A stretch of DNA of 56,883 nt, counting the filler, from Basidiobolus ranarum (taxonomy: Eukaryota), in assembly GCA_040143965.1 (NCBI GenBank). It is 6 parts of 6 records of this genome, joined end to end, with 100 filler letters (N's around TTAATTAATTAA, not from the genome) between each part and the next. Parts side by side here need not be neighbours in the genome. Positions count along the whole stretch, not along the records: positions 9,514 to 18,925 come from JASJQH010007705.1; positions 19,026 to 28,430 come from JASJQH010007706.1; 4 more parts are not named here. One strand, 5' to 3'. The notes under the pieces were generated by a model that made no database searches, was not told where the DNA came from, and saw nothing but the letters and a program-made list of their open reading frames with translations. The first letter of the stretch is position 1; each line of letters opens with the position of its first letter. Positions 13,176 to 26,200 of the stretch are shown piece by piece. Both the position numbers and the translations under genes were made by a program.

Positions 13176-15467
13176 TCAAGTACATTCAGCACCCAGAACT
13201 GTCATCACTCCTCCCACTAGGTGCAAACTACCAGTAACTAGTACTCGACGCTTCTGCTTGGTTGGATTTGACGCGGATAAAATCCAATTTACAGCATTTT
13301 CAATGTCAGGAAATAGGTTCGTATGATGTTGGTCTTCTTGTTTAGTCAAAGAAGTCCAAGTATTTGCTAAGCTCCGTTGTGTGGACAATTCATGGTCAAC
13401 TTTTAATATGATATTCCTAGAGTCAGCTAGTTTTCGGGGGATTCGTGAAGAAGTGAATATCCTGACAAAACTTTAAAATTCATAAATATGTTTACCATTA
13501 GGTTTAACACCAGAGTGGGTTAGGTTCGGGCAAAAAACTGCGTACTTGAAGTTCACCTTCTTTTGTATTTCCGAAAGCATCTCTATCTGAGCCAAGCCAT
13601 CACGGCCATTTGCTGAGTTGAATAGCAGTATGTTTTCAACTGGGCTTTTTGACGAGTAAAATTAATGAAATGTGTAAATGTAATCGCTGTTTGGTTTATG
13701 CACATACCGTTCCTCACGAGTAACCGTATTTTCAAACCACTTGGCGCATACCTAGTAACGCAAAATGTTAAAGCGACTGTCAAGGATCACCACATACTAT
13801 CTCCACTTACTTTCATGCTTTCCATGGTATGTGCACCATCAAGATACCACTCGGTCTCCGTGAATCCCGGTGTGATAAGCTTCTGGCCACGCCCGGGCCA
13901 TTTAACATCTTTCAAACCAGGAATAAAATCTTCAGGAACCGTGCTGAGTGGTTTTATTGAACCCGGATTTCCATTAGAGACCCGCATGCTATTCCAAGTA
14001 TTACAAAGTGAAATGGCCAACGAGCTATTGGAGACCTGATGATCACCGGCAAGGCCTAGTAACAAACAATAAGTAACGATACCATCAGATGAATATCAAC
14101 CTCTTGAAGTAAAAAGAGAACTTACCAATATCAATCTCGTTCAAACCTTGAATAGTATCATGCGAAGGAATCACGTGTAAAGGAGCCTTTACTTAAGCAG
14201 ATAAATATGTCGGCTAGGTCACAAGTAATTTAAATGGGCTTACATTTTTCTCTGCTGCTCTTTTTTTAATAACTTCCATAGCCTCCTTTGGTTGTGGTAC
14301 GGTAAAGACGGGAACATTGGACTAGATGAAAAGATACTTAGTTAGAAGTCACAAGTGGAAGTATTAGCTTGACCAATACTTTGATAATTCCTGCTTTATG
14401 CCAGGCTATCTCTTCTATGGTATTCCCTAGAACCGCTTGGTGATCGATACCCAGAGCAGAGATGCCGCAAACAATTGGCTTCTGAATAATGTTCGTAGAG
14501 TCATATTCGCCGCCAACGCCTACTTCCATAATAGCCACATCGATCTAACATACAAAAAAATAGAGTTAATTATACTAACGAGGTAAGAATATGGTCAAAG
14601 TTTACCTGTTCTTGCATAAATATATGGTATGCCATTAGGTTCAAGAAGCGAAAATAACTAGGTTTACTTGGTTGTCCCTCTAAAGCTTTATCCTTTATAG
14701 GGGCTCTTGATTAGACGCTTGTCTTTTAAATCAAATGACCTAAAATTGAATTTACCTCAGTTGCCTCTAGTCGCTCCCAACATTCATAAAAATATCTTGT
14801 AAAATTTTCTTTATCAATGGGTGCACCATTGATACGTATACGTTCGCGTACTTCGATTAGATGCGGTGAAGTAAATAAACCTATTGTATACACAAATTAA
14901 TCCCGCATCCATCGCTAGAAAACCTGGTTCTATTTTACGATATAACTCACCAGTCTTTAAATCCTTGCCCCCATGCATATTTCTCAGTATTGACTCGGAA
15001 AGCGCACAGGTCGAACCTTTCCCTTTGGTACCAGTGATATGGATGACATTTAACTGATCAAAGTCTTCGATCTACGAATGTAAGCTTGAGCATACCACTC
15101 AACTGTACAACTGTGACTAAAAAGGACCTTTACCTTATACCCTATTCTTTCACACAAATTTCTCATCTCGGGAATACTGCGTTGGTTCAATCGACCTCTA
15201 GTCTTCCAAATGTTCTCTAAGGTAGTCAAGTTACTCTGTAGAGAATTCAAATCTTCAACAGCATTCTACGAGGAGAAACGTTTTACCTTCGTTAACATAG
15301 ATAGGCCAATTGGAAGAGGGGGAAAGTGAAGTTCTCTGTACCTCGTAAGTTTTCAACTTGGGCAACTTCAACTCCACTACACTCGAAAATCTCGCATAGC
15401 CACCAGAGCATTTACGGGTCCAAGTATGAACGTTTATTAAAGAGACCCTGCTGATGACTCTATTCAT
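13176..15467 (-). CDS. MET7: Folylpolyglutamate synthase, multi-exon, with probable mitochondrial presequence
   Basis: Spliced segments [76 protein letters not shown] and [12 protein letters not shown]. Confidence 0.95.
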
Positions 15468-16118
15468 TTTCTTGAAAGACCTTTGCTGTACCGAAAAAGG
15501 TATTTAACTTAATTTGATAGTCAACCAGCATGTAGTTTATTCTGGTAAGTAATCGATTGATTTTCATGAAACTTTGATAATCAGTTAGATAAATCACTTC
15601 GTCCCTGAAGATTCGTTTAGAAATTGAATGGGCATCTATATTATAGGGTGAATATTTAAGGCTTATCTATCACTCTTGATGAGCATCACAAACATTAAAC
15701 CACCACAATACGCCACCTCCTCGAGGATTCATTTGCAACTAGAAATCCTTGGTTGTCAGTAATTGGTCCATTCAAAATATCACTTGCTTAGCATCTCGAT
15801 TATCTTCATCAATAATAAGGTTCGAAAGATTTCGGGGGAACTTCTCCATATTAGGTGGAATAATGGCTGAGAAGGTTGGTTTTTCTTCTCATTTAGCATA
15901 GAAAAATTCCCACGTTGAATAAAACTTGATTGTTCCTGTAATCTAGAAGTTTGCTCAAAGTCAAAGGTGGTTGAAAACAACTTGGAACTTTTTAATCACC
16001 ATCATTTTCAATAACACTGTTAAAAGATATTCTTAGGGAATAGCGCAAATTAACGTAAATTGCTTTATTATAAAATATACAACGTCACTGGAGTACTCTA
16101 GATTAAATTACTTACAAT

Positions 16119-17642
16119 CTAAGCAATGATAACACGCATGTTGTTGGTGTTGCCAAGTCCTTCCTTGTACCCTTGTACTACAACAATGGGTTGTCCCTTC
16201 TCGATCAACTTAGCTTTGACACCATGCTCAATGGCAAAGTCAATACGAGCATCAACATCCTCTTGCCATTCTAGAGGATCAGACCCCTCGACAGCTGGCT
16301 GCTGATACAGGAAAGGGTAGCATCCGGAATAAAGATGAGCCTGACGAGCAACAGAAGCATTACGAGTAATAGTAATGATAGGACAGTGTGGGCGATACTT
16401 AGATACAAGACGAGCAGAGTTGCCCGACTGAGTCAAGACAATAATAGCTCCAGCATTGGCTTCCAAGGCAGCATTGACAGCAGATGATGCTACAGTTTCG
16501 GTGGTCCCAGTAGGTCTCTTTGTAAGGCCACGAAGTTCATCGAACACTTGAGGATAGCAGATAACTGACTCGGCAAGTTGACATGCTTCAGCCATAGTTT
16601 TGACAGCTTCAATTGGATATGATCCCTTAGCAGTCTCTCCCGACAACATGACACAATCAGCTCCATCGAGAACTGCATTGGCTACATCACTGACCTCAGC
16701 ACGAGTAGGCCTGGGATTGTAGGTCATAGATTCAAGCATTTGGGTAGCACATACAACTGACTTACCAGCTAGGTTACACTGGGCGATTATGGACTTTTGA
16801 GCAATGAAAACTCGCTCACAAGGAACCTCAATACCCAAATCACCTCGCGCTACCATCACTCCATCAGTTTCTTTCAAGATTTCTGGGAAGTTGTATACTC
16901 CTTGGTAGTTCTCAATCTTAACAATGATCTTGATATGCTTACCCTTCTCTCCGAGAACGGCTCTGATATCGCGGACATCCTGGGCACTACGAATGAATGA
17001 AGCGAAGATCATATCAACACCTTGGTCAATACCAAACTGAAGATCAGCCTTATCCTTCTCTGAAAGTGCTGGGAGGTCCACATCGGTCTTGGGAAGATTC
17101 ACTCCCTTTCTAGAGCACAGTTTACCGCTATTCAAGGCTCGAACTTTGATTTCGATGTCACCAAGCTCAATTACCTCGAATGAAAGGATACCATCATCAA
17201 CATAAATGATCTTGCCCTCATCCATAACCTTTGGGAGATTCTTGTAGTCAATATACATTCTTTCGCCATTACACTTATCAGCGTACATATCGTCAGTAGT
17301 GAAGTACATCTCATGGCCGGCAGAGATGGGAACCTCGACATCATCCTCCATAATACCAGTACGGATCTCAGGTCCTTTAGTGTCAAGCGCAATACCAACA
17401 GGAGAATCAGGAAGGAAAGTCTTTTGACTTTCACGAGTATTGGCAATGACAGAAGCGTGGTATTCGTAAGAGCCGTGAGAGAAGTTCATACGAACAATGT
17501 TCATGCCTGCAGCACGAAGTTCGTTCATTTTCTCAACACTGTTAGTCTTTGGACCAATGGTACAGATAATACCAGTTCTCCTCTCTGATGTTGCTTCAAC
17601 ATCGATACTGAGTTCGGAGATCCAAGCGAGACGAGAAGTCAT
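16119..17642 (-). CDS. PYK1: Pyruvate kinase (copy A, complete, intronless)
   Basis: 507 aa. [45 protein letters not shown] and MLSGETAKG. Confidence 0.98.
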   Translation of the reverse strand: MTSRLAWISELSIDVEATSERRTGIICTIGPKTNSVEKMNELRAAGMNIVRMNFSHGSYEYHASVIANTRESQKTFLPDSPVGIALDTKGPEIRTGIMEDDVEVPISAGHEMYFTTDDMYADKCNGERMYIDYKNLPKVMDEGKIIYVDDGILSFEVIELGDIEIKVRALNSGKLCSRKGVNLPKTDVDLPALSEKDKADLQFGIDQGVDMIFASFIRSAQDVRDIRAVLGEKGKHIKIIVKIENYQGVYNFPEILKETDGVMVARGDLGIEVPCERVFIAQKSIIAQCNLAGKSVVCATQMLESMTYNPRPTRAEVSDVANAVLDGADCVMLSGETAKGSYPIEAVKTMAEACQLAESVICYPQVFDELRGLTKRPTGTTETVASSAVNAALEANAGAIIVLTQSGNSARLVSKYRPHCPIITITRNASVARQAHLYSGCYPFLYQQPAVEGSDPLEWQEDVDARIDFAIEHGVKAKLIEKGQPIVVVQGYKEGLGNTNNMRVIIA

Positions 17643-18595
17643 ATTAAGTTGTGTATATAAGCCGAAGAAAGTTTAGAATGCGATGTTTCCTTGGCTAATT
17701 AGTTCGGTTTTATAGTGATCTAGCAATGATATCATATATCTCCAGATCCTCGTTCCCTTCAAATTTTATGCAGTATAATCTAAATAATATTGGAACATAA
17801 TTATTCCACCTAATTTGATGAAATCCCCAGTCAGGAAGTAATCTCGATTAGCCGAGCTCTTTCCATACTTCGGATGCTGATTGTTTTGGTTTTCTAAATT
17901 GCTGATAGTGTTTTCTCGGTGGAAATTCTAGGCTGGGGGTCCTTTGGCTTTGACTACGTATACCATTAGGCTAAGACTAATGAGTTTACCAGTCCAATGA
18001 TATCCGATGTCGATATTACGCATTCATAGTGCGTGAAAGAATTAACACTACGATTCATTCTTTAGATTTACCTAGATGTGATAAAATCACGGTAAGCAGA
18101 TGATTGGTGTTGCTAATGGAAATGGAAGAGTCGATGAGCTGGGAAAAAGGACGAGTGAAAGTTAAGTAACAGGTAGTATTCGTAACCCTGAAAAACTCCG
18201 GCACGTTGAAAAAAGCAAGTCATGTATGAATTTAGGGTCTCTTTATTTTACAAACAAAATCTACTTAGAATTAGTCATAGTAATCCTTCAATCTGAAATT
18301 TTGATTTATCTTGGAATGCGTTTTTAATACTCCTAAGCCTCAATCCACCCTAACTGGCTATTCATGGATTCCATATACTTGAGATGGTCTCCCTTGCCAT
18401 ACTTATATAAACCAGTGAACAGCCAATCCCAAGCGTATACATGCCACATGGATCAACCGGCATAGTCGCATTACTGATATGGTTTGATCAATTGAAAACT
18501 CAGTTGAACTTACATGAGGATTAAAGACAATCATTCTCCAACTTTTTTATTTCAAAATACACAATTTCGTTAAAGTAAACCAGATTGCTAATCAT

Positions 18596-18925
18596 CTAAG
18601 CTATGATAACACGCATGTTGTTGGTGTTGCCAAGTCCTTCCTTGTACCCTTGTACTACAACAATGGGTTGTCCCTTCTGGACCAAATTGGCCTTGACACC
18701 CTGTTCGATGGCGAACTCGATACGAGTATCGACATCTTCTTGCCATTCTTTAGTATCCGATCCCTCAGCGGCTGGTTGCTGATACAGGAACGGGTAGCAT
18801 CCGGAATGAAGATGAGCCTGACGAGCGACGAAGCCATTACGAGTAATAGTAATGATAGGACAGTGTGGGCGATACTTAGATACAAGACGAGCAGAGTTAC
18901 CTGTCTGAGTCAAGACAATAATAGC
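18596..18925 (-). CDS. PYK1: Pyruvate kinase (copy B, 3' end only, cut by contig edge)
   Basis: C-terminal ~109 codons align to copy A (..[32 protein letters not shown]) with many substitutions. The 3' UTR differs. Confidence 0.93.
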   Translation of the reverse strand, partial: AIIVLTQTGNSARLVSKYRPHCPIITITRNGFVARQAHLHSGCYPFLYQQPAAEGSDTKEWQEDVDTRIEFAIEQGVKANLVQKGQPIVVVQGYKEGLGNTNNMRVIIA

Positions 18926-19025
18926 NNNNNNNNNNNNNNNNNNNNNNNNNNNNNNNNNNNNNNNNNNNNTTAATTAATTAANNNNNNNNNNNNNNNNNNN
19001 NNNNNNNNNNNNNNNNNNNNNNNNN
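18926..19025. other. Artificial contig linker
   Basis: N44-TTAATTAATTAA-N44. Confidence 0.99.
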
Positions 19026-19048
19026 TTGATTTTATTTTTGTTAGGGAT

Positions 19049-19683
19049 ACCATAGCACTTTCTATAACTGAAGCAGAGTACAAGGCAGCATCATATACAA
19101 CAAAGGAGGCAATGTGGCTAAGGAAACTCTGTAAAGACTTAGGTATATCTCAAAGCTCACCCACCTTAATTGATAAGGAAAATCAAAATTGTATTTCTTT
19201 AGCTAAAAATCCCAAATTTCATGCTATAAGTAAGCATATTGATATTCAACATCACTTTGTTAGGGAAGCTATTGAGAATAGGCACATCCAATTAGAGTAC
19301 TGTCCAACTGGGGACATGTTTGCTGACATCCTTACCAAACCATTGCCAAAGCCAAAATCTGAAGAATCAAGATTTAAGTTAGGATTAAGATATATGAATA
19401 TTTAGTTGAGTGGGAGTGTTGAAGTTTATAGTATTTGACATATTTGTTATCTTCATCTTTATACACCTAACTATTTCACATATCACACTTAAGTTAGTTA
19501 ACATAGGGAAGGTCCCAGGAGCATGTGTGCAAAGTATGGGGCTTCTAGCACAAGTTACTAAAATCTATATATCTTCAAACTTCTAAGTAAATTCCTCTTG
19601 AGGTGATATCTTAGTTAAATATAGGATAACTAAATACTAAGCTATATGCTTATATAGGCGTTTAGGCAATGCTACTTTCAACA
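19049..19683 (+). mobile_element. Ty1/Copia retrotransposon relic: RNase H end, polypurine tract, 3' LTR
   Basis: TIALSITEAEY..AMWLRKLCKDLG..ENQNCISLAKNPKFHAISKHIDIQHHFVRE..YCPTGDMFADILTKPL (stop at 19405). PPT GAGTGGGAG at 19408-19416. LTR 19417-19683 bounded by TGTTGAA...TTCAACA. Confidence 0.92.
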
Positions 19684-20009
19684 AAATATAGGGGTTATCG
19701 ATCTGTTGCTTCTTGTTTCTCATATATGTATTGTAACTATAGTTTACTAAGATGTTGAATAATCACCATATTACAGTGGTGCGCTGAAAAGAGGTAAATT
19801 CATACTAAGATAGATATCAATATTGCCATCTGAGGCGACAGAAGAAGTAACGAAAGAAATGTTCCAACATTGAGAAACGAATATTCACATGTAATATGCA
19901 ACAACCGGGATATAGTTCTAATTGCATCGGTTTATTCAAGTAAAAACATTAATAGTGCGAAGCGATACTCCGCATATAAAGCATTTCCACCAACTACGAA
20001 ACAGTTGCT

Positions 20010-20423
<414 letters not shown>

Positions 20424-20802
20424 TTAGATGGATGTATAGTCACAACTGCGGATATATCAACTCATACCGTATAGCCTTGGGAGTACCTAAGTGAAAGGGT
20501 GCCTTTCCAACCATCTAAACATTATAAGGATCTGATACGAAAAATATCTTGTTACACTCCGCACGTACGGTCCCGAGTCAGCTTAGGTACAAATTACCAG
20601 TGTTATTAACTAACCGATGAATTGAGATTGAACTAATATTTCTAATAGAATTCAGATAGTTAAATTTATCAGCGTTGAATGAAATAATTATCGTGAAGTT
20701 AAGGGCCAAAATTCACGATGAAGTCTACTATACACTATGCTACCACATGTAAGAACGTCAAATCTGATGGTTCTGCTTTTTACAAAAACAATAAGTAACA
20801 TA

Positions 20803-22629
20803 TCAAGTAGGGCTGGGCAATTCTGAACTATGTGTGTCATCACCAAGTACTTGTGCATGATTAAGTTTAGGTGAATCCTCGCTGGGCGGGGGAGAGTCGG
20901 GTAGTTGTAAGGAGGAAAGATTCAGTAGACTGTCAATATCAGGTGAAGAGGTACCAGCTCCGTTGAAACGTTCTACACGAGTAATTTGCTGACGCATAGG
21001 TAACGCGCGCCGTGATGGAGTGTTGAATACACTTGACCACGCAGCAGAACGTTCTTTGGCAGACCGTGACGCAAGTTCTTTAAGTGTTTTGGAGGCAGAG
21101 CTTTCACTGTCATGGGGTTGTGGCTGTGGTGACGGAGCACGCTTTATGCTCACATAGTTGGAAGGATCTTGTCCAGAAAAGACATTGTTAATGGTAAGAG
21201 TGGTTGTTTCTTTTCCTCGACGACGTGGCAATGATAAGCGATTTCTTTCAACGCTTACTGATCCGGAGCGTTTACGTAAGGATGTTTGGTAAGCTTTTTG
21301 GAGAGCTGGATATTCATCTTGCTTTATAGATTCTATTCTCTCAGATTCTGGCAACAAAGAATTCAATTTTCCTAAAGTCTGGAATACATTATACAATAAA
21401 TTGTGTGTGCTATCGATTTGTTGTTGGAGAGAGGTAACTGTAATGCAAGGCATATGTATTAGCTTTTAAGTAAAACTATGGATGCTAAAAAGAACAAACC
21501 TATGGTAAGCTGATCTGCGCAGGCTTTAGTGTCCTGAAAATTAGAGGATACGTTGTTCAAAAGTTCTGATGAGAATTCATCCATGGCTTTGAGGTTGTCT
21601 GCAAGAGAACGCTGGGAAATTTGGTCAGATATTTAGAGGAATATAGAAAGAAACAATAAATAAATGTCTAACTTGATTTTCAGAAACTTGGTAAGCATTT
21701 CTTTTCATGTGCTCTTGCAATCCTGTGCAGATATTAGCTAGAGGATCCGAGTCCAAAAGAGCTATATGACGATGAGGTTAATACATAATTGTCTTGGGAA
21801 TAAATGCTGACGAGATATGAATATGGGCTACTATCTGAATCCTTACCAAAGCCTTCTTTGTTATGAGATTTTGAACTCCAAAGATTACCGAAACCGAATG
21901 AGCCATATCCAGTAGATTTTATAAACGGCTCAAACTAAAGTTTACTTTTAACTACTGTCATCCAAACGCAGTGAAGAGTTAACAAATAAAACTCACTCGA
22001 TGACTTTGGGCAAGAAGTTGAAGCTCTGGCTCTTCACTATCAGAGGAATGATCAATGGAGTTGACGGTAATTAGGCCCTAGTTTGGGTTGAATAATCAAA
22101 GGTTACTACCTGTATAAGAACTAACAAAGGTTGACAAGATTACTTTGGGGTAATCGGTAAGTGCTCGAGGTTTTAAGGCGCTTCTTTTGCTTTCTACAGA
22201 ATATGTGCGTCGTTTAAAATAGGATGGGGTAATCCCTTTGTGTTCTAATTTCGTATCAGGATATAGTGTGGCCATTATAGAGAATTGTTGAGCGGAGGGG
22301 GCCGAAGTGGAAAGTTGTAAATTGTCGCTATTATTGGGCGAGGCTATTTCAAGTGGCTGAGCTGAATAAGGTCGATAAGGTCGATATGTCGGCTTGGACT
22401 CTGAGGCGAGACTAGCTATAGTAGGGGAAGTAGAAGCGGATGTATGACGTAAAGTAGACAGCGTAGGAACAAGTGTGGTAGTACTTTTCCGTTGCTCCAA
22501 ATTAGCCTTTGATTGCTCTTGACCCTGTGGATAAAATGGTTAATCTGACTGAATTGTTGATAGAGTTTAGAGGAAAATAACGTCTTGCAAATGAATAAGG
22601 ATTACAGAAGAGGGTTTGAATATTACCAT
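20803..22629 (-). CDS. BORCS5: BORCS5 (myrlysin/LOH12CR1)-like BORC subunit with N-myristoylation motif
   Basis: Exons 22627-22629 (ATG only), 22144-22524, 21997-22077, 21847-21934, 21673-21761, 21500-21611 and 20803-21437, all GT-AG and in phase. Product: MGQEQS..GLITVN..EPELQLLAQSHRFEPFIKS..LDSDPLANICTGLQEHMKRNAYQVSENQRSLADNLKAMD..ADQLTIVTSLQQQI..LGKLNSLLPESERI, collinear with BORCS5 as recalled. Confidence 0.8.
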
Positions 22630-23260
22630 ATTTGAGGATTAAATGATTGCGAAATAGAAAAGATTATGAAGTGAAATGGTACATGCAAAGTAGGTCCTTG
22701 TGAAAAAGGCAGTTAGCCTGAAACGAAACTCATTTATTCTTGGATCATGTATATATATATGCGTTACTAAACAAATTCGATTTCAAGCAGAATTGCAATC
22801 GAAATCTATAAAGATTGGACTGTCACAATGGAATAATTTGTGGATGCTAGCCTAAGCATTATTGTTTGTATAAACTACATACATACTGTGTTAATCTCCA
22901 TTCTTTTATAAAGGCAAAGCCAACTATTGTGGTCTGAAGGGAGTGTAAAGAGAGTGTGGATAAAAAGGATGATGATTAAAATCTACCTAATGCTTATTTC
23001 AAATACATGAAATGGGGGTAATATGTTTGATGTTTACAATTAAACATATATCAAAATCCACAAAGATACGATTCAAATTTGTAATTTAGATTATTTTAAC
23101 AGTTACTATTTAGTTTAGAAAATCGATCTGTGCTATAAAATGTTTTGTTCTTCACCAGCAAAGGTAGCCCAGAACTTAGAAAATACGTTTTGAAATTACT
23201 CTACCTTAAAAACGCTTTTTAGAAAAGTATTGAACGACCTTAGTGGTCTTGAAAACAGCA

Positions 23261-26200
23261 ATGGATAAGTATTATTATGAATATCAGAATTCTCAACCTC
23301 CGAAAAGGTCACAAGGATCATATTCTGTCGATCCAAGAAATCAGAAATTTACCCGTAATGATTATACTCAAGAGAGCATTCGAGAGCAAACGAAAGCTCC
23401 AGTGGGACATACTTTTGTTCAAGATACCAGTAGTTTTTCTGGTATAGAGCCCCAATATCAGGTTAACTCTGCTTCTTTACCAGCAATCACAAATATGACT
23501 TCAATGCCTAAACCCACCACAATGTCGTCAATGACGAATTTGCCCCAGTACCCTAACACTTCAACCCAAGACCAAATATATTCTAATTCATTAAGTGCTG
23601 GAGGCATATTCGAGAGGGGACAGATCCCTTATGATTATCAAAAGGAACTTACTAATTCAACTCCTATGACTCATCAATCTTATAGCACATTTGATAGTCA
23701 ATCGAGTAACAGCAACCTTCAGACAAGATCAATGCCATGGACAGACAATACACTTCCTTCTTTCTCATCCTCAGAGCACCAAAATAGGGATGTGTTCAGT
23801 ACCCCAGTAACCAATCTGGCACCCAGATCTGGATCTTATGTATTTGACAGCAATACTACTGAAAGAAGTAATACTGTGGATAGTATACTGCGACTGCCAT
23901 CTACCACGCTACCAGCCTTGGACCAGAGATATCCTAGTGGGCCTTCTCAGGCCTTTCGAACAGGAGTATTTGTTGAGACGGCACCTGTTGGTCGAATGGA
24001 GAACTTGAATCAATATCAATATGTGTCCCCTTTTAACTCAATTCCCAAGCAAGAAAGCACTTCATCTACTATTGGTTTGAATCTCGAAAGTATCCCAACC
24101 GCTGAAGATCCATATCGGAATGAGCCTTCACTCAAACAAGCACCAGTACCAAATTCAACTGGCAACCCAAGAAGCTCCTATCTTGATGAAATATTTCAAA
24201 GAAAGCAGAGCGTCAGCTCCACAACTGATAATTTCTATTTACCTATTGCGTCTGCTCCTTCTCCTAGCCGAAGTTCCATATCTTACCAGGGTATGTTACC
24301 TCAGCATACCAACAGCGGTTCTCCTCCACTCTTGGAGAATCAACCTAGTGCGGTTTTGCTGCATGATCCTTTACACAGGCGTGTAACTTCAAATGACAGC
24401 CTTATTATTCCAGACTTGGCCATTAGACAACTACAGCCAAATAATCCAATAATTCCAGATCCCCAAGTTCATAGATTAGATCCGCCCAAAGGTGTACCGT
24501 TGGAACATCCCTTCTTGTTCGATAGAAACACGCACACTTCCCCCGTAAGAAATCCTCACAGTGTACAACACAATGCCTTCACAACTGGGTCTTATGATAT
24601 ATCAAATATGAACGAGAACCTAGTGCAACCGGGACTTGTAAGCCCATCCAAAGCAATTAAGCCAACTAGCTCGGGTACACAATTCTCTGCAAAGACTTTC
24701 CCTGTACCAAATACGCCAGCGCAAGAATCTGTGACATCTGCTGCCATCACACCTAGTTACCCCCAGCCTAGCATTCAAAATGCATGGTCCTCATCTACTG
24801 GTACTGAACCAGCCCAAGAGGCGGCTTCGTATTTGAAGCCTATATCAGGCCAAGGTGTTTACAATTTGAGTGATCCTAATGCAGGCTCGAGTTGGCCCTT
24901 CCCAACCAATACTAATGAATCCACAATCCAACCCGAATCCAATCGCTCAAAGAGCCTTGACATTCCAATTGTTAATCCGTCAAAGTCGGGTCACCATAAC
25001 ATCGGTCCTTTACCTACAGCACCAGCAAGTCAAAGTATTAAACCATCATCCAATATCACTGTTAAACAAGATGTCCACAAGAAAGCTAGATACCCCACTT
25101 CTACGCGGCATTCTAACACAAATATTAGTGACACCTCTACTCCTGCAACGGAAGATCAAAATGTTAGTAATAAGTCTTCTGGCCCACTAGAAACTACTTC
25201 TAATGTCATAGGAGAGCCTCGAGTTACATCCATTATTGCTGTTGCTGTCGACACACCTAAAATACAAAATGTCTTGGGGCCAGAATATATAGTTGCACCT
25301 CCACCTCACTCAATATATGATCGCGATAAGCTTATCACCAAAGGAGTTGAATTATGGATTCGCTATGCTGGAGAAGAGTCGGTTAGTAAATTTAGCGACC
25401 AGTTAAAGGAATTGATCGGAAGTCAGTATCCGAGTGATAGGAAATTTCTGTTAGAGCACATTATTGCAGTATGGCTGACTTGGGAACCGGAAAAATTCCA
25501 TCTCATCCTTGAACCGCTTTCAAGTATGGTTAAGAAAAGGAGACGTATCTACAACAAAAGAGCGAGTCCTTTCTATGCCCTTGTACAACTGTTTAGTCCC
25601 ATCACTGAAAGAGTAAACTCCATCTTTGATCCAACTGCAGAGCTTCAAGCCGACTATAGCATTGACGTTAAATGTCCCAATCTTTGTCAAAACCTTCTCG
25701 AGTATTTGACAGAAGAAAATACGAATGACCATTTAGTCACTTGGATAATCGACTGTCTTTCCGTCACATCTCCATTAGTTCAAAAGAGATATTTCAAGTG
25801 GTTAATCGAAAAAATAGATTGGAATAACTCAAGTGCTGTAGCTGAAAACTCAGGCGAAACTAACCACATGCAGCAGCTTCTCTCATTACTCAAAGACGAT
25901 AAAAGCAAGTCCACAATATCCTCAGCGCTCATATCGGTCTTTTTCACGTCATGGAAAAATCGAGAGGCCTTATTTAAATCCCAGGAACTACGACCTACCC
26001 TTGTGAGTTATTTCAACAATCCTGGAAGTATAGCTGCCCAAAATCAACTCTATATCCTACTTGCCGATGAGCCAGAAAGTTCACGATTTTCCATTATCCT
26101 GGAGCTCCTAAATGCTCTGAAAGAACACTCGGAACCAGGCTCCATCAAGTGGTTCTATAACCTCATCCTTCCGGTTATGATAGACGTGATAGTCGAGAAA

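Noticed and set aside
20560..20573. CGCACGTACGGTCC resembling the 3' half of group II intron domain V
   Set aside because: No matching 5' half (RAGC triad). It lies in the RPL40 promoter.
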